Shown: in pieces, positions 10,256 to 22,978 of the stretch
Layout of the letters: each line of letters begins with the position of its first letter
Numbering within the stretch: position 1 is the first letter of the stretch
NCBI GenBank assembly: GCA_963666285.1
Contig: OY762711.1
Direction: 5' to 3' (one strand)
Length of the DNA: 64,000 nt
Source of the DNA: Sedimentisphaerales bacterium
GTDB lineage: Bacteria; Planctomycetota; Phycisphaerae; Sedimentisphaerales; SM23-30
The notes under the pieces: model-generated
Database searches by the model: none
Told to the model about the DNA's origin: nothing
The model's input: the letters and a program-made list of their open reading frames with translations, nothing else
Position numbers and translations under genes: made by a program

Positions 10256-10807
10256 ATGTTGCAAAAAAATACAAATACTAAAAATAAAGAACCAGACAGG
10301 AGATATTTCCTGCAGCTGTTTATGAACAGCCAGAAAATAATTCATAACTATATACTCTCCATGGTTCACGATAAGGCAGATGCAGAAGACCTTACCCAGG
10401 AAACAGCACTGTTAATGTGGGATAAATTCGATGAATTTAAGCCAGATAGCAATTTTGTATCCTGGGGAGTAAAAATTGCCCATTATAAAGTAATGAATTA
10501 TTTTAAGACTAAAAAAAATGTGAAACTCTTCAGCGATGAACTGCTGGAACATATTTCTAACTGTTATCAACATAAAATAGGTGAAGTTGAAGAAAGGTTA
10601 GAAGCATTGGAACAATGTCTTAAAAAACTTAACCAGGATGACAGAAAACTCATAAATCACTATTACGAACAGGGTCTAAAAGTGACACAAATCACTGATG
10701 TCATGGGGAGTTCGGTCCATTCTTTATACAGGGCCATGGCGCGTATCCATGATTCACTTTTTTGTTGCATTAACCGAACAATAAGGGAGTGGAATTCCAT
10801 TGGATAA
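10256..10807 (+). CDS. ECF RNA polymerase sigma factor (planctomycete-type)
   Basis: DAEDLTQE, FVSWGVKIA (region 2); ALEQCLKKL...YYEQG...SLYRAMARIHDSLFCCI (region 4). Confidence 0.9.
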   Translation: MLQKNTNTKNKEPDRRYFLQLFMNSQKIIHNYILSMVHDKADAEDLTQETALLMWDKFDEFKPDSNFVSWGVKIAHYKVMNYFKTKKNVKLFSDELLEHISNCYQHKIGEVEERLEALEQCLKKLNQDDRKLINHYYEQGLKVTQITDVMGSSVHSLYRAMARIHDSLFCCINRTIREWNSIG

Positions 10808-12464
10808 GAATATTAAAAAACGCAGAGAATTGATCCAGGCTATTATCGGTAAGCTTGAAAATCAAGATATGACCTCGGAACTGGATTTTGACTCAATTGC
10901 ACACGAGTTGGAAAATGATCCGGAATTACTTAACTTCTATGTTGATTTCATGATCCAGCATTCTGGTTTGACACAAGCCGGAATCAATAGCCACGCACAA
11001 GTACTCAATCCGGACAATTTAGATCATTGTGTAATCAATTCTACGATACTAACCCAACTATCATTTGAAGAACGTAATGCTCCAACAATGGAGTCTAAGA
11101 ATGAAATACCTAAACCAATTGTAAAGCCATTATATTTCAAGAGATATTACCCATTAGTAGGCATGTTTGCCATTTTAATATCGTGCATAGTGTCAACTGT
11201 GTTCTGGATAGATATGCACGATAATAAAGCCGTCGCCGCGCAAGTTGTTGATACCTGCCAGACTAAATGGAAATCAGGCTCCTACAAACTAACAAACAAT
11301 GACTTAATATACGACAATAACAAAAAGTATAAGCTCAAACAGGGTACAATTAAAATATTATTTGAAGATGGCGCTCAGGTGGTCATTAACGGTCCTGCAG
11401 AGTTCTCTGTAACCAATAATGACAGAATGCAAATAGAAAGTGGTAAAATATTTGTACATGTACCAAGTAAATCTATTGGTTTCAGAGTAGATACGCCAAG
11501 CTGTGACATTGTTGACCTTGGAACAGAATTTGGTATCAATGTAAATAGCAGAGAAGCAGAAGTACACCTAATTGAAGGTAAGGCCATGCTTGTCCCGTCA
11601 GTAAAGCTTAAAGACTCTTTCAGTGAAATAATAACTGAAAACCAGGCACGCCATATCACATCAGGCGGCCAAATATCTGAAAGACCTTTTAATGGAACTG
11701 AGTTTGTTAGAGATTTTGATTCAAAAAGTAAGATTCTCTGGAATGGTAAAGATCTCAGCCTGACTGACATCGTAACAGGCGGAAATGGATTTGGCCTTCC
11801 AGAAGAAAATTCCGGCATTGATCCTAAAACATGCCAGATTGTTCATGGAAATTCAGAATGCAGAAATAATTATGACATTAACGGCTATCAGAGTGTGAGT
11901 TTTTCAAAATATATTGATGGCGTATTTGTACCAGATGGAGGAAATGGGGATGTACAGCTGAATTCCTCGGGCCAGACTTACGATCAATTTTGCGACACCG
12001 GAGGCGACTACTTTATGCCTATAGGTGTATACTCATATATTACTCTTTGCTATTCAAACGCAACAGGTTCAAACACAAAAAGCATCCATCTAGAAGGATA
12101 CCCTGAAGGAAAATCAGTAAACTTGTGCATGCATGCCAACTCTGGGATAACATTTGATTTGGATAACATTCGAAAAGATATTGGCTTTGCAAATATTAAA
12201 GGTTTTACAAGTGTAATTGGTATCCCCGTTACATATGAAGACCAGGAAGATGTTTGTGTAGATTTTTATGTATTTATCGATGGAAAAGCTGTAATAGTAA
12301 GAAAAGAAGTATCGAATAGAGATAAACCAGAGAAAATCTCCATACCAATAACCGATGAAATGCGTTTTCTAACATTAGCAACCACAGAAGGTGAACAAAA
12401 CTATGGTGACTGGTCAGTTTTTGTTGACCCAGTATTGAAGTTGGAAAAATCAGATGAAGAGTAG
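10800..12464 (+). CDS. FecR-like anti-sigma factor with C-terminal NPCBM-like carbohydrate-binding domain
   Basis: Overlaps the sigma gene; single TM; FRVDTPSCDIVDLGTEFG (FecR); MHANSGITFDL...RFLTLATT...GDWSVFVDPVL (NPCBM-like). Confidence 0.8.
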   Translation: MDKNIKKRRELIQAIIGKLENQDMTSELDFDSIAHELENDPELLNFYVDFMIQHSGLTQAGINSHAQVLNPDNLDHCVINSTILTQLSFEERNAPTMESKNEIPKPIVKPLYFKRYYPLVGMFAILISCIVSTVFWIDMHDNKAVAAQVVDTCQTKWKSGSYKLTNNDLIYDNNKKYKLKQGTIKILFEDGAQVVINGPAEFSVTNNDRMQIESGKIFVHVPSKSIGFRVDTPSCDIVDLGTEFGINVNSREAEVHLIEGKAMLVPSVKLKDSFSEIITENQARHITSGGQISERPFNGTEFVRDFDSKSKILWNGKDLSLTDIVTGGNGFGLPEENSGIDPKTCQIVHGNSECRNNYDINGYQSVSFSKYIDGVFVPDGGNGDVQLNSSGQTYDQFCDTGGDYFMPIGVYSYITLCYSNATGSNTKSIHLEGYPEGKSVNLCMHANSGITFDLDNIRKDIGFANIKGFTSVIGIPVTYEDQEDVCVDFYVFIDGKAVIVRKEVSNRDKPEKISIPITDEMRFLTLATTEGEQNYGDWSVFVDPVLKLEKSDEE

Positions 12465-12542
12465 AAAATAAAGCTGTATGCACAGCTGACAATTGAAGTG
12501 AACTTAAAATTTAATTAAATTTTGGCAACATTAACTATGTGA

Positions 12543-12582
12543 GCTACTAAGCGAACTAATAACATTAAGTTCGCTTAGTAGC
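12543..12582. terminator. Perfect 15-bp inverted repeat hairpin between fecR and GH92
   Basis: gctactaagcgaact-N10-agttcgcttagtagc. Confidence 0.6.
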
Positions 12583-12642
12583 CACAATTATTCTGTTATA
12601 GAAATTAACAGATAGTTTTTATTATAGGAAAACATTTGTAAA

Positions 12643-14907
12643 ATGATGACACGTAAAGTGAGAAAAGTGAAAAAGACTTTCAAAATGAAAGTTCTTTTAT
12701 CTTTAGCCTGCTTATCGGCCCCACTATACAGTTCTGGTCCAATTGATAGTGTTGACCCTTTAATTGGAACCGGTGGCCATGGCCATACCTTCATAGGAGC
12801 TTCAGTGCCATTTGGTGCTATCCAACCTGGTCCTAATAATATATATAAGGGCTGGGACTGGTCGTCAGGTTACCACTACTCAGACCCGATTATCAAAGGT
12901 TTCTCTCACCTACATTTAAGCGGCACAGGATGCACAGACCTGGGCGACATTTTAGTTATGCCCAACACAGGTGAAATAAAAACAATGCAGGGTTCAGACA
13001 ATAACCCAGCACAAGGTTATATTTCACTTTATGACCGCCGAACTCAAATTGCCAGACCAAACTATTATGCCGTAACACTGTCAGATTATAATATAAAAGC
13101 CGAATTGTCAGCATCTGAGAGAGTAGCAATACACCGCTACACATTCCCACAGAAAAAAGGGCATATAATCATAGACCTGGAAAACGGTAATAGTGATAGG
13201 GCAACTGATACATATATTACACAAATAGACAATAATACTATTGGCGGATACAGACACTCATCTGGCTGGGCAAATGACCAGAGAGTATTTTTCGTCCTGA
13301 CCGCAGAACAATCATTTGACAATCTGACTTTATACCACAGAGATGACAAGCTGGCCGAAAGCAAAGGTAAAGGCCCCTCAATGAAAGCTGTAATCAGCTA
13401 CGATAATCTCACAAAACCAGTCATAATTAAAGTCGGCATATCACCAGTCAGCATGGAAAACGCCAAAAAGAATATCAGCGATGAAATGCCGGGATGGAAT
13501 CTCGAAAGCATTGCAGAACAAGGTGCAGCAAAATGGAATAAAGAGCTGGGGACAATTGTCGCTGAAAGCAAATCTCCGGAAGTGAAGCGAATATTCTACA
13601 CAGCATTGTACCATACTATGATTGCACCTGTATTGTTCAATGACTCAAATGGCCAATATCGCGGAACAGACAAAACCGTTTACGACAACCCGGGCTTTGA
13701 CAATTACAGTATATTCTCTTTATGGGACACATATAGAGCTGAACACCCTCTGCTAACTATTATACAACCCCATAGAGTAAATAATATGGTTCAATCAATG
13801 CTAAAAATATATAAACAGCAGGGATATTTACCAGTATGGCACTTACTTGGCAATGAGACCTGGACAATGGTAGGTTATCATGCTGTTCCGGTAATCGCAG
13901 ATGCATATCTGAAGGGATATAACGGTTTCGATCCTGAAGAAGCATTTGAAGCAGTCAAAACTACAGCAATGAACGATAGAGCCGGTGTGAAATACATCAA
14001 GGAAATAGGATATATACCGGCAGAAAAAGAAGGAGAATCTGTTGCCAAGGCAATGGAATACGCTATTGATGATGCTTGTATAGCGTTAATGGCTAAGAAG
14101 ATGGGTAAGCAAACTGACTACGAGTATTTTACCCAAAGAGCAAACGCATATACCAAATATTTTGATAAAGAAACAACATTTATGCGAGGTATTACCAGCG
14201 ATGGTAAATGGCGTGAACCATTCGACCCTATCGCTTCAAAACACAGGTCAGACGATTACTGCGAAGGTAATGCGTGGCAGTACAACTGGCTGGTACCGCA
14301 AGACCCGGAAGGTTTAATCTCTCTGTTTGACTCCGAAGAAGCTTTCGTAAACAAACTTGACAAACTATTCACCATGAGTTCCAGCCTGGGACAAGGTGCA
14401 TCTTCTGACATCAGTGGACTTATTGGACAATATGCCCATGGAAATGAACCAAGTCATCATATCGCCTACCTGTATGCCTATGCCGGGCAACAGTGGAAAA
14501 CGGCACAATATGTTCGCCGCATAATGAAAGAACTATATAAAGATACAGAAGATGGATTATGCGGAAATGAAGATTGCGGCCAGATGTCTGCCTGGTATGT
14601 TCTATCTGCTATGGGATTTTACCAGGTTCATCCAGCAAGTGGTATTTATGTTATAGGAAGCCCGGCACTGGATAGAGCTGAAATACGCATTCCAGGCAAA
14701 CCTAATACATTTACTATTATCGCAAACAATAATAGTGATTCCAACATATACATTAATTCCATAAAATATAATGGGAAACCGTATGGCAAATCATTTATCA
14801 CACATGATATGATCTTATCTGGCGGTATATTAGAATTGGAAATGAGCTCAACTCCGAATAAAGCCTTTGCTGAGAAAGCTGTAGACAGGCCTTATTCTCC
14901 TAAATAA
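12643..14907 (+). CDS. GH92 alpha-1,2-mannosidase (start may be a downstream Met)
   Basis: VDPLIGTGGHGHT, FSLWDTYRA, YCEGNAWQY, YAHGNEPSHH, GNEDCGQMSAWY. Confidence 0.95.
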   Translation: MMTRKVRKVKKTFKMKVLLSLACLSAPLYSSGPIDSVDPLIGTGGHGHTFIGASVPFGAIQPGPNNIYKGWDWSSGYHYSDPIIKGFSHLHLSGTGCTDLGDILVMPNTGEIKTMQGSDNNPAQGYISLYDRRTQIARPNYYAVTLSDYNIKAELSASERVAIHRYTFPQKKGHIIIDLENGNSDRATDTYITQIDNNTIGGYRHSSGWANDQRVFFVLTAEQSFDNLTLYHRDDKLAESKGKGPSMKAVISYDNLTKPVIIKVGISPVSMENAKKNISDEMPGWNLESIAEQGAAKWNKELGTIVAESKSPEVKRIFYTALYHTMIAPVLFNDSNGQYRGTDKTVYDNPGFDNYSIFSLWDTYRAEHPLLTIIQPHRVNNMVQSMLKIYKQQGYLPVWHLLGNETWTMVGYHAVPVIADAYLKGYNGFDPEEAFEAVKTTAMNDRAGVKYIKEIGYIPAEKEGESVAKAMEYAIDDACIALMAKKMGKQTDYEYFTQRANAYTKYFDKETTFMRGITSDGKWREPFDPIASKHRSDDYCEGNAWQYNWLVPQDPEGLISLFDSEEAFVNKLDKLFTMSSSLGQGASSDISGLIGQYAHGNEPSHHIAYLYAYAGQQWKTAQYVRRIMKELYKDTEDGLCGNEDCGQMSAWYVLSAMGFYQVHPASGIYVIGSPALDRAEIRIPGKPNTFTIIANNNSDSNIYINSIKYNGKPYGKSFITHDMILSGGILELEMSSTPNKAFAEKAVDRPYSPK

Positions 14908-15060
14908 TTAATAATTTGAAAATTCACTAGATTTGTAGTTGGAGGTTGTAATTAAAATATTATGGCCTCTAACTGCATTTTATCTAGATCATAAGCTGGA
15001 TATAAATACTGCTATCCCAAAGGTAATCATTGAGATATATTCAGTAGATATTTTTGCATA

Positions 15061-16182
15061 TTATTTACCAGCTGCTCCTGCAACATGCTCCTTACAGATA
15101 AAAACTACTTTTTCAGCAATTTTATCTAACGGCAAAGATATATCAACACCACCATGTTTAACCGCTTCATTAGGCATGCCATAAACCACACAGCTTTTTT
15201 CATCCTGGGCAATATTATACGAACCTGCTTCTTTCATTTCTGCCATACCCCTGGCACCATCATCTCCCATGCCGGTCATAATTACACCAACGGCATTCTT
15301 ACCGGCATACCGAGATGCCGACCTGAAAAGAACGTCAACTGAAGGTCTATGTCTGGACACTAAAGGACCATCCTTTACTTCAACATAATACCTAGCCCCA
15401 CTCCGTTTTACAAGCGTGTGCTTTCCGCCGGGAGCAATTAGAGCTCTGCCTGGAAGCACTGTATCATTGTCTGAAGCTTCTTTGACATTTATCACACATG
15501 TATCGTTAAGCCTTTGGGCAAAACTAGCGGTAAATTTTTCAGGCATATGCTGGACGATGACAATACCCGGACAGTCAACAGGAAGAGCCTGAAGAAATTC
15601 TCTCAAAGCTTCTGTTCCTCCGGTGGAAGCACCGACAACTGCAATCTTTTCAGTAGTCTTGATCATCGCCGATGAACTGGAGCCTTTTGAGAGCATAACA
15701 TCAGCACTGAGTTTTTCCTGAACGGGCCTGGATGGCAATGGTGCAGACTTGACAGCCTTCCGTTTAGATAAATTAGACATCGCAGCAGCTTTTACCGCAT
15801 CACATATGGTCACTTTTGCTTCTTCAAGATACTTTTTAACACCCAGCTGAGGTTTCGTAATAATATCAATTGCACCGTATTCCAGAGCTTTCATAGTCGT
15901 CTGGCACCCTTTTTCAGTCAAACTCGAACACATTACAACAGGTATTGGGTGCTGAGCCATGATCTTCTGCAAAAAAGTGATTCCATCCATCCTGGGCATT
16001 TCAACATCCAGGGTAATCACATCTGGTATTTCATTACTCATTTTACTTGCAGCAATAAATGGATCACCGGCAACAGCCATAACTTCCATATCAGGATCAG
16101 ACTCAATGATACTGGACAAAGTTTGCCTTACTACCGCAGAATCATCTACTATTAAAACTCTTATTTTCTTCTGGTTAACCAT
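15061..16182 (-). CDS. cheB: Chemotaxis methylesterase response regulator CheB
   Basis: REC domain (VDDS, TLDVEMP) plus [25 protein letters not shown]. Confidence 0.97.
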   Translation of the reverse strand: MVNQKKIRVLIVDDSAVVRQTLSSIIESDPDMEVMAVAGDPFIAASKMSNEIPDVITLDVEMPRMDGITFLQKIMAQHPIPVVMCSSLTEKGCQTTMKALEYGAIDIITKPQLGVKKYLEEAKVTICDAVKAAAMSNLSKRKAVKSAPLPSRPVQEKLSADVMLSKGSSSSAMIKTTEKIAVVGASTGGTEALREFLQALPVDCPGIVIVQHMPEKFTASFAQRLNDTCVINVKEASDNDTVLPGRALIAPGGKHTLVKRSGARYYVEVKDGPLVSRHRPSVDVLFRSASRYAGKNAVGVIMTGMGDDGARGMAEMKEAGSYNIAQDEKSCVVYGMPNEAVKHGGVDISLPLDKIAEKVVFICKEHVAGAAGK

Positions 16183-16204
16183 ATTTCATTCTCTTCAGCT
16201 ACAT

Positions 16205-17095
16205 CTATATTGCATTATCATCATTTTTAGGTTTTTGAAAAACCGTTGGTATCATTCTATTAAGCGGCAAATTAACACCATTTAGAGTTTCTGAATGTCC
16301 AACAAAAAGATAACCCCCAGGGCGAAGTTGCCGGTACAGTTTTGTAATTACTTCTACCTTGGTTTGCCAGTCAAAATATATTATAACATTACGGCAAAAA
16401 ACAACATCCATCATTGTTGATATACCATAATTGTCATCCATAAAATTCAACCGTCCAAAGATTACTTTTTGACGCAGTTCTGGCACTACCCTATACTGGC
16501 CTTTTCTTTTGCCTTTCCCAGTCATTAAATATTTATTTTTATATAATCCAGGAATAGGATCTATTATTTCTTTGCTATAAACAGCTCTTTTAGCTTCTGA
16601 CAATACGCTATGCGCTATATCAGTTGCAAGAATCTTATATGAGCCGGTATTACCAGAAAAAAACTGGTCAAGAACCATTGCGAGAGTATACGGTTCCTGG
16701 CCCGAGGAACATCCGGCAGACCAGAAATTTAGTATTTTATCCTTTTTGAACTCTGGAGATTGGGTCATTTCCGGCAAAACCTTTTGCTTAAGGAACTCGA
16801 AATGTGCCGGTTCTCTGAAAAAATCTGTTTTATTGGTGGTAATCACATCGATCATTGATATTATTTCCATTATACTATCAGTTGCACTATGGATATAATC
16901 ATAATATTCCTGATACGATGATAAACCTAATTTTTTCAAACGTTTATAAAGCCTGGAAGACATCATGGAACGCTTGGCATCTTTTAATTCTATACCACAT
17001 TCTTCATAAATTAATTCTCTGAAGAACTGCATCTCCTTATCACTCAATAAAGGAATACCTGCATCGATATTATCTTTTGAGCTTTTATTTCCCAT
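16205..17095 (-). CDS. cheR: Chemotaxis methyltransferase CheR
   Basis: TTNKTDFFRE, WSAGCSSGQEPY, FCRNVIIYFD, GHSE. Confidence 0.97.
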   Translation of the reverse strand: MGNKSSKDNIDAGIPLLSDKEMQFFRELIYEECGIELKDAKRSMMSSRLYKRLKKLGLSSYQEYYDYIHSATDSIMEIISMIDVITTNKTDFFREPAHFEFLKQKVLPEMTQSPEFKKDKILNFWSAGCSSGQEPYTLAMVLDQFFSGNTGSYKILATDIAHSVLSEAKRAVYSKEIIDPIPGLYKNKYLMTGKGKRKGQYRVVPELRQKVIFGRLNFMDDNYGISTMMDVVFCRNVIIYFDWQTKVEVITKLYRQLRPGGYLFVGHSETLNGVNLPLNRMIPTVFQKPKNDDNAI

Positions 17096-17195
17096 TACCT
17101 CTCCAATATCATTATTATATATTAAAACATCTCTTTTTAGAAAGTAGCTGGCAAGTCAATAAACAACTCACCAACTACTGTCATATTTTATATCA

Positions 17196-17711
17196 CTATT
17201 CATCATTATCCGAATCGCTGCTTAATTCCTTTAACGCTGAAAGTTCTTTAGCGGTCAAAACTCTATTAATATCCAGAATGATAACAAATTCTTCATCTCG
17301 CTTACCCATTCCTTTGATGAAATCAGTATTTAAACTAGTTCCGATCTTAGGTGCCGGCTCAATATTTTGCGGGTCAATATCTACTACTTCCTGAACCGAA
17401 TCAGCAAGGGCACCAATTTGCAGCATTTCACCGCCCAAATCGATTTCAGCAATGATGATACAAGTATCTACCGTACGTTCAGCTGCTTCCATGCCAAGAT
17501 TTAACCGTAAATCAATAATTGGCACAACATTACCGCGCAGGTTGATTACCCCCTTCATATAATCAGGTGTGCGGGGAATCTTGGTTATATTAACCAAATC
17601 AAGAACTTCACGTACAGCAGTAATTTCAAGGGCAAAATTTTCTTCACCTAAAGTAAAGGTTAAATACTGATTAGTATCAATTCCAACTTCTATCATGCTT
17701 TCTGTTGTCAT
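17196..17711 (-). CDS. cheW: Chemotaxis coupling protein CheW
   Basis: QYLTFTLGEE, GVINLRGNVVPIIDLR; ATG 17711 has an AAGGAG RBS (track start 17720). Confidence 0.95.
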   Translation of the reverse strand: MTTESMIEVGIDTNQYLTFTLGEENFALEITAVREVLDLVNITKIPRTPDYMKGVINLRGNVVPIIDLRLNLGMEAAERTVDTCIIIAEIDLGGEMLQIGALADSVQEVVDIDPQNIEPAPKIGTSLNTDFIKGMGKRDEEFVIILDINRVLTAKELSALKELSSDSDNDE

Positions 17712-17746
17712 TTTAAACACTCCTTGTATATATAATTATTATGTTA

Positions 17747-19846
17747 TTATTCAAAATCCCTGTCATCTATATCATCAATATCTGCATCCAGATCATAAGT
17801 AACTCCGCTGACAGAAGCAGGCATACCGGCAATTGCAGGTGCAGGGTCCTTATATTTTGCTCCAGACTGCGTTTTCTTACCTGAAGCAACCTGTCTTTTA
17901 CTATTTGGCATACTGGAATTCAATTTGAAAAACTCTGAAGTGCGAAGCAATTCTTCAGCCTGGCTGGCAAATTCCTCACTGGAAGAAGCCATCTCTTCGG
18001 TTGATGAGCTATTTTGCTGAACAACCTGGTCCATTTGATGAATACTTTGAGTTACCTGCTCAATGCCGGTAGCCTGTTCCTGACTGGCAGTGCGAATTTC
18101 TTCAACCAGATCAGCAGTTTTTTTGACTCCAGGCACAATTTCTTCAAGAAGCTTGCCTGCCTCCTCGGCTATCTCAACACTATCGGTTGATAATGTACTT
18201 ATTTCCTGAGCTGCGTTTTGACTGCGTTCAGCGAGTTTTCGGACTTCAGCAGCAACAACGGCAAAACCTTTGCCGTGTTCTCCTGCTCGTGCCGCCTCAA
18301 TTGCAGCATTCAAAGCCAGCATATTTGTCTGCCTGGATATTTCTTCTATTATATTGATTTTATCGGCAATACTTTTCATGGCTTCAACAGTCTTACTTAC
18401 CGCAATACCACCATTTTCAGCATCGTTTGAAGCTTTCTGAGCTATCGAAGAAGTCTGTTGCGCACTATCAGCATTCTGCTTTACTGTACTGCTCATCTCT
18501 TCCATACTACTTGATATTTCTTCAATACTGGCAGCTTGTTCGGAAGCACCCTGGGCCATCTGCTGTGAAGTCGAACTCATCTGTTCGCTACCAGAAGCAA
18601 TCTGCCCGGAAGCACTCTGTACCTCTGAAGCAAATGTTGTCAGATTCTCGATCATCTCATTAAATGCAGCTACAAGCTTATCCTTTTCTGATCTCTTTTC
18701 TGCTGAAACAGTCAGATTTCCGCTGGCAATCTCTTCTGCAACATGAGTTACCTCATTCAAGGCACTAACTAATGAGTTAATTGAATTCAATAACATGCCT
18801 ATCTCATCTTTACTATTGGATTTTACATCAATATCTAAATCACCATGCGCCAAATCTTCCATAATTTTAACAACACGTTTTATTGGGTTTGTTATTAGTG
18901 AAGCAAGTATCAGTGCAAAGGCAATGCCAACCACTATTGCAGTAATACTTCCACCAATCATTATGCTGTTGGCACGGGTAATGGTGCTTTCCATTTTTGC
19001 TTCCTGATCTGCTCGCAATTCTTCACAAGTCTCAACTACAACTTTAGTAGAATCGACAAGCTCTACGTACAGCTCATCCATCTTAATCTGTAAATTGTTC
19101 CATTTCTTACAGGATTCTACATAATTTACTACTGCTTCAAGAGTTATTTCGACTCGATCTTTACTATCCTTCTGTTCAGTTCTAGTTGAGAGCTCTTTTA
19201 GCAAAACTTGCAAATCACCAAAATGTTTGTACATTTCCTCAGCAAATTTTTCATCTTTCAAATCCATATATTTCATGTTTGCAATACGACCTTTACTGAG
19301 GAGAATGATTGCCTTACTAGTAGAATCTCTTTTCCACAGTTCATTAGCGACAAATTCACTGCTTTTATCACTAAAATCAATTTCACTCTTTACCTGTTCC
19401 TCCTGAAGTTCTCCTGTATATTTAATAACATCAGTAGCCTTAGCAACCATATTGTTATACTCTTTTTGCTGCTGTTCAGCACTAGTGACCCAATCCTTAA
19501 ATTTATTATAATACAGATCGGTATTTTCCTTAACTTTTAATACTTTTTGCTTTTCCTTTGGATCTTCCATTTTTTCATGAAGCTGATCACATTGCTCTAT
19601 CATCGTACTAAGTTTTGAATATACTTCATCCCTATCTATATCTAACCTGTCGGATATATATGATTTAGCGGCCAGCCTGGCAGACTGTAATTCTTTAATT
19701 AAATTGTTAGAGTTATCAGCTCTTTCAACAATTGCAGTAGTGTCACTCATACTTTTAAGGCCTATATAGCCCACAACAGCTGTCAGAAAAAGAACAACTG
19801 CAAAACCTGTAATAATTTTTGTCCTGATTTTCATTTTATTTAGCAT
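17747..19846 (-). CDS. Methyl-accepting chemotaxis protein (helical periplasmic sensor, HAMP)
   Basis: Two TMs, [37 protein letters not shown] hairpin. Confidence 0.95.
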   Translation of the reverse strand: MLNKMKIRTKIITGFAVVLFLTAVVGYIGLKSMSDTTAIVERADNSNNLIKELQSARLAAKSYISDRLDIDRDEVYSKLSTMIEQCDQLHEKMEDPKEKQKVLKVKENTDLYYNKFKDWVTSAEQQQKEYNNMVAKATDVIKYTGELQEEQVKSEIDFSDKSSEFVANELWKRDSTSKAIILLSKGRIANMKYMDLKDEKFAEEMYKHFGDLQVLLKELSTRTEQKDSKDRVEITLEAVVNYVESCKKWNNLQIKMDELYVELVDSTKVVVETCEELRADQEAKMESTITRANSIMIGGSITAIVVGIAFALILASLITNPIKRVVKIMEDLAHGDLDIDVKSNSKDEIGMLLNSINSLVSALNEVTHVAEEIASGNLTVSAEKRSEKDKLVAAFNEMIENLTTFASEVQSASGQIASGSEQMSSTSQQMAQGASEQAASIEEISSSMEEMSSTVKQNADSAQQTSSIAQKASNDAENGGIAVSKTVEAMKSIADKINIIEEISRQTNMLALNAAIEAARAGEHGKGFAVVAAEVRKLAERSQNAAQEISTLSTDSVEIAEEAGKLLEEIVPGVKKTADLVEEIRTASQEQATGIEQVTQSIHQMDQVVQQNSSSTEEMASSSEEFASQAEELLRTSEFFKLNSSMPNSKRQVASGKKTQSGAKYKDPAPAIAGMPASVSGVTYDLDADIDDIDDRDFE

Positions 19847-19882
19847 CTTACGCCTCCCCCAATACGGGTAGTATGATTCCGA

Positions 19883-19919
19883 ACAGGACAGACAACTTAA
19901 CGATGCTGTCTGTCCTGCT
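19883..19919. terminator. Intergenic hairpin between MCP genes
   Basis: caggacagaca-N-tgtctgtcctg. Confidence 0.45.
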
Positions 19920-19963
19920 CACTGAAATAATTATTCACAGCAACCTAACATGGTCGCTTTTAA

Positions 19964-22900
19964 TTAACTAAAATCATCATCATCCACATCATCCATATCA
20001 TCTAACTGGTAATCAATACCATTGTTTTTTGACGTCTTTGAAACAGAATTACTTACGGCACCAACTGGAACTGATACCGGAGCACTAGATTTCACCTGTT
20101 TCTTTGGAACTGATGCAGATCTTTTTGCAACATTATCACTTAGAATAAAGAATTCAGAAGTGCGTAGCAGCTGCTCTGCCTGGCTGGCAAATTCTTCACT
20201 GGTAGATGCCAGCTCTTCAGTTGCGGAGCTATTTTGCTGTACAATCTGATCCTGCTGGTGAATAGCCTGAGTAACCTGCTCTATGCCGGTAGCCTGTTCA
20301 GAACTTGAAGTATTTATTTCTTCAACGAGCTCGGCAGTCTTTTGAATGCCTGGTACGATTTCTTCCAGCAGTTTCCCTGCACGTTCAGCAACTTCAACGC
20401 TTTCTGTCGATAAAGTACTGATTTCCTGGGCAGCATTTTGACTGCGTTCTGCCAGTTTGCGTACCTCAGCTGCTACAACTGCAAATCCTTTACCATGTTC
20501 ACCGGCACGAGCTGCTTCAATAGCAGCATTCAATGCAAGCATATTAGTCTGTCTAGATATCTCTTCGATGATATTAATCTTATCTGCAATACTATTCATA
20601 GCTTCGACAGTACGAGATACGGCATTACCGCCTTCCTGCGCATCGGCAGCGGCTTTTTGAGCAATAGAAGCTGTTTGTTGAGCACTATCAGCATTTTGTT
20701 TCACAGTACTGCTCATTTCTTCCATACTGCTTGATATTTCTTCAATACTTGCAGCCTGTTCTGACGCACCTTGTGCCATTTGCTGTGAAGTAGAGCTCAT
20801 CTGCTCACTGCCAGAAGCTATTTGACCCGAGGCACTTTGCACCTCAGAAGCGAACCTTGAAAGGTTCTCTATCATAGTATTGAAAGCTTCAATCATCCTG
20901 TCTTTATCGGAACGCATTTGAGCACTTACAGTTAGATTACCTCCAGCAATTTCTTCAGCAACACCTGAAACTTCATTTAATGTCCTGACCATATTTGCAA
21001 ATGCTTCAAGCATTCTGTCTTTTTCAGAACGCTTTCGGATATCAACTGTAAGATCACCGACAGCAATAGCTTCAGCATTATCTGCCACCTCATTAAGAGC
21101 ATGCACCAGAACATCTATAGAATTCAATAACATGCCAATTTCATCTTTAGTATCACATTCTACATTCACATCAAGATCACCCTTTGCGAGATCATCCATA
21201 ATCTTAACAACACGTAGAATAGGCCTGGTTATACCTCGGGTAATGAAAAATGACAATACAAGACCAATCAGAATTGCAATCGCCAAACCACCAATCATTA
21301 TCTTAGTTGAGCTTGAAAGATTTTCTGCGGCAGCATTTGCTATTTCTTCCGTATTAGTTATACCGGCATCAGCTGTCGTTTTACATGCTTCAATAACCTT
21401 TTTACCTACAAGTTCACGCTTAGAACCTAAATCGTCAAGAATCTGCCACTGATCGAGAAACGCCACTAAGCCATCGGAATATTTTCTGCCGGCAGCACTT
21501 GTATTTTCAATTTGCTGAATATTAGATTCTTTACGTGTAATCTCTTTCAATTCTGCAAATTTCCCATTAAGATTTGCGAAATTCGCAAGTGCATCACGCA
21601 TTATATCCGGGGACCCCAGAGCCTGGGATTTAAACCCCTTAATCCTGGCATCATTACCAAGATTTACAATTTCATTGACCAAAGTAATCTTTTTATGACG
21701 TTCGTGCAAATCCTTACTCAGCTTTTCCTGCTGTCCCTTCAAGAATAATTCACACTGTGCAACATATTTACCGGCAGAACTATCCATCCCTTTGCGAATT
21801 GCATCAAGCTCTTCAAAGTTTTTTAGATATGCCTGCATAGCAGCAAGGTAATTATCTGCAGCCATTTCAGTATTCTGGATTTCTTTCAGATTAATTTCTT
21901 TACGAGTAATACTGCGCAGCTTAGCTGTAATCTGTTTAATTTCATCAAATTTGCCCATGGCATCTCTCATCATTTGAGGATTTTGTTTTGCCTGTGCCTT
22001 AAAGTTAGCAACTCTAACGGTATTAACTAAATTAATAACGTCATTTACCATGTTAATTTTTTGCATACGTTCAGATAGATCTGCACCTTCTTTTTTCATT
22101 TCTTCGTTCATTGCCTCATTTTGACTGGCAAGGAAATCTCTGCAATTCTGCATATAAACTGCAGCATTCTCATCCATCTTTTTACCGGCTGCACTCATAG
22201 CCCTATCTGTCTCTATATATGACGCCATATTTGCAGAATAGTCAGCAGCAGCCTGCTCAGTTTGATCTATTCGATCAATATCTTCAGCATCTCTGGTAAT
22301 TTTTCTCAATTCTCCAGTATGTGATTTCAAAGCAGCTAAAAGATCAATAGCTTCCTGCATAACACCCATATCATCAGAACCCTGTGCCTTAAAGTTTGTA
22401 ACACGTACCTTTGTACCCAGATTTACAATTTCAGTTACCAATTGCACTTTTTTCTGACGTTCATCCAAATCAACTTTGAAAGCCTGATTTTGCTCATCCA
22501 GGAAATCAAAGCAGTTTTTCATATATGCCGCAGCATTTTCGTCTAGACTTTTGCGTTCATTGCTCATACTTGCAATAGCCTGCTCTGTTTGAGCCATTAA
22601 ATCAGCATATTCATTAACAGCATTTTGAGCATTATCAACCTGCCCCTGCAATGCTTTAAGATTTTTAGCTTCCTTTGCTAGTTCAGCTGCTTCCCCCAGA
22701 TGTGTCTGCATAGCAGCCATTTCTTCTTTGGCCTGAGAATAGAAGCTATCCTTTTCGCTGAGACTGTAGCCGCGCATCTCGTACATAGTTCTGTTGGCCG
22801 AACCTCTAAGATCAACAGCCACTTTAACTTCAGGAATATATTCCTTAGCCAGTATCTGAGATTCTTTTTCAACCACACTCATATTATAGATAGCCAGACT

Positions 22901-22978
22901 GCCTAACAATAAAGCAATGACAATCAAAGCCGTAAAACCCAATGATATTTTGACACCTAACTTAAAATTTTTAAACAT
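19964..22978 (-). CDS. Methyl-accepting chemotaxis protein with internally repeated helical sensor domain
   Basis: Two TMs, tandem HAMPs, MCP signalling hairpin; three repeats of about 125 aa in the periplasmic part. Confidence 0.95.
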   Translation of the reverse strand: MFKNFKLGVKISLGFTALIVIALLLGSLAIYNMSVVEKESQILAKEYIPEVKVAVDLRGSANRTMYEMRGYSLSEKDSFYSQAKEEMAAMQTHLGEAAELAKEAKNLKALQGQVDNAQNAVNEYADLMAQTEQAIASMSNERKSLDENAAAYMKNCFDFLDEQNQAFKVDLDERQKKVQLVTEIVNLGTKVRVTNFKAQGSDDMGVMQEAIDLLAALKSHTGELRKITRDAEDIDRIDQTEQAAADYSANMASYIETDRAMSAAGKKMDENAAVYMQNCRDFLASQNEAMNEEMKKEGADLSERMQKINMVNDVINLVNTVRVANFKAQAKQNPQMMRDAMGKFDEIKQITAKLRSITRKEINLKEIQNTEMAADNYLAAMQAYLKNFEELDAIRKGMDSSAGKYVAQCELFLKGQQEKLSKDLHERHKKITLVNEIVNLGNDARIKGFKSQALGSPDIMRDALANFANLNGKFAELKEITRKESNIQQIENTSAAGRKYSDGLVAFLDQWQILDDLGSKRELVGKKVIEACKTTADAGITNTEEIANAAAENLSSSTKIMIGGLAIAILIGLVLSFFITRGITRPILRVVKIMDDLAKGDLDVNVECDTKDEIGMLLNSIDVLVHALNEVADNAEAIAVGDLTVDIRKRSEKDRMLEAFANMVRTLNEVSGVAEEIAGGNLTVSAQMRSDKDRMIEAFNTMIENLSRFASEVQSASGQIASGSEQMSSTSQQMAQGASEQAASIEEISSSMEEMSSTVKQNADSAQQTASIAQKAAADAQEGGNAVSRTVEAMNSIADKINIIEEISRQTNMLALNAAIEAARAGEHGKGFAVVAAEVRKLAERSQNAAQEISTLSTESVEVAERAGKLLEEIVPGIQKTAELVEEINTSSSEQATGIEQVTQAIHQQDQIVQQNSSATEELASTSEEFASQAEQLLRTSEFFILSDNVAKRSASVPKKQVKSSAPVSVPVGAVSNSVSKTSKNNGIDYQLDDMDDVDDDDFS

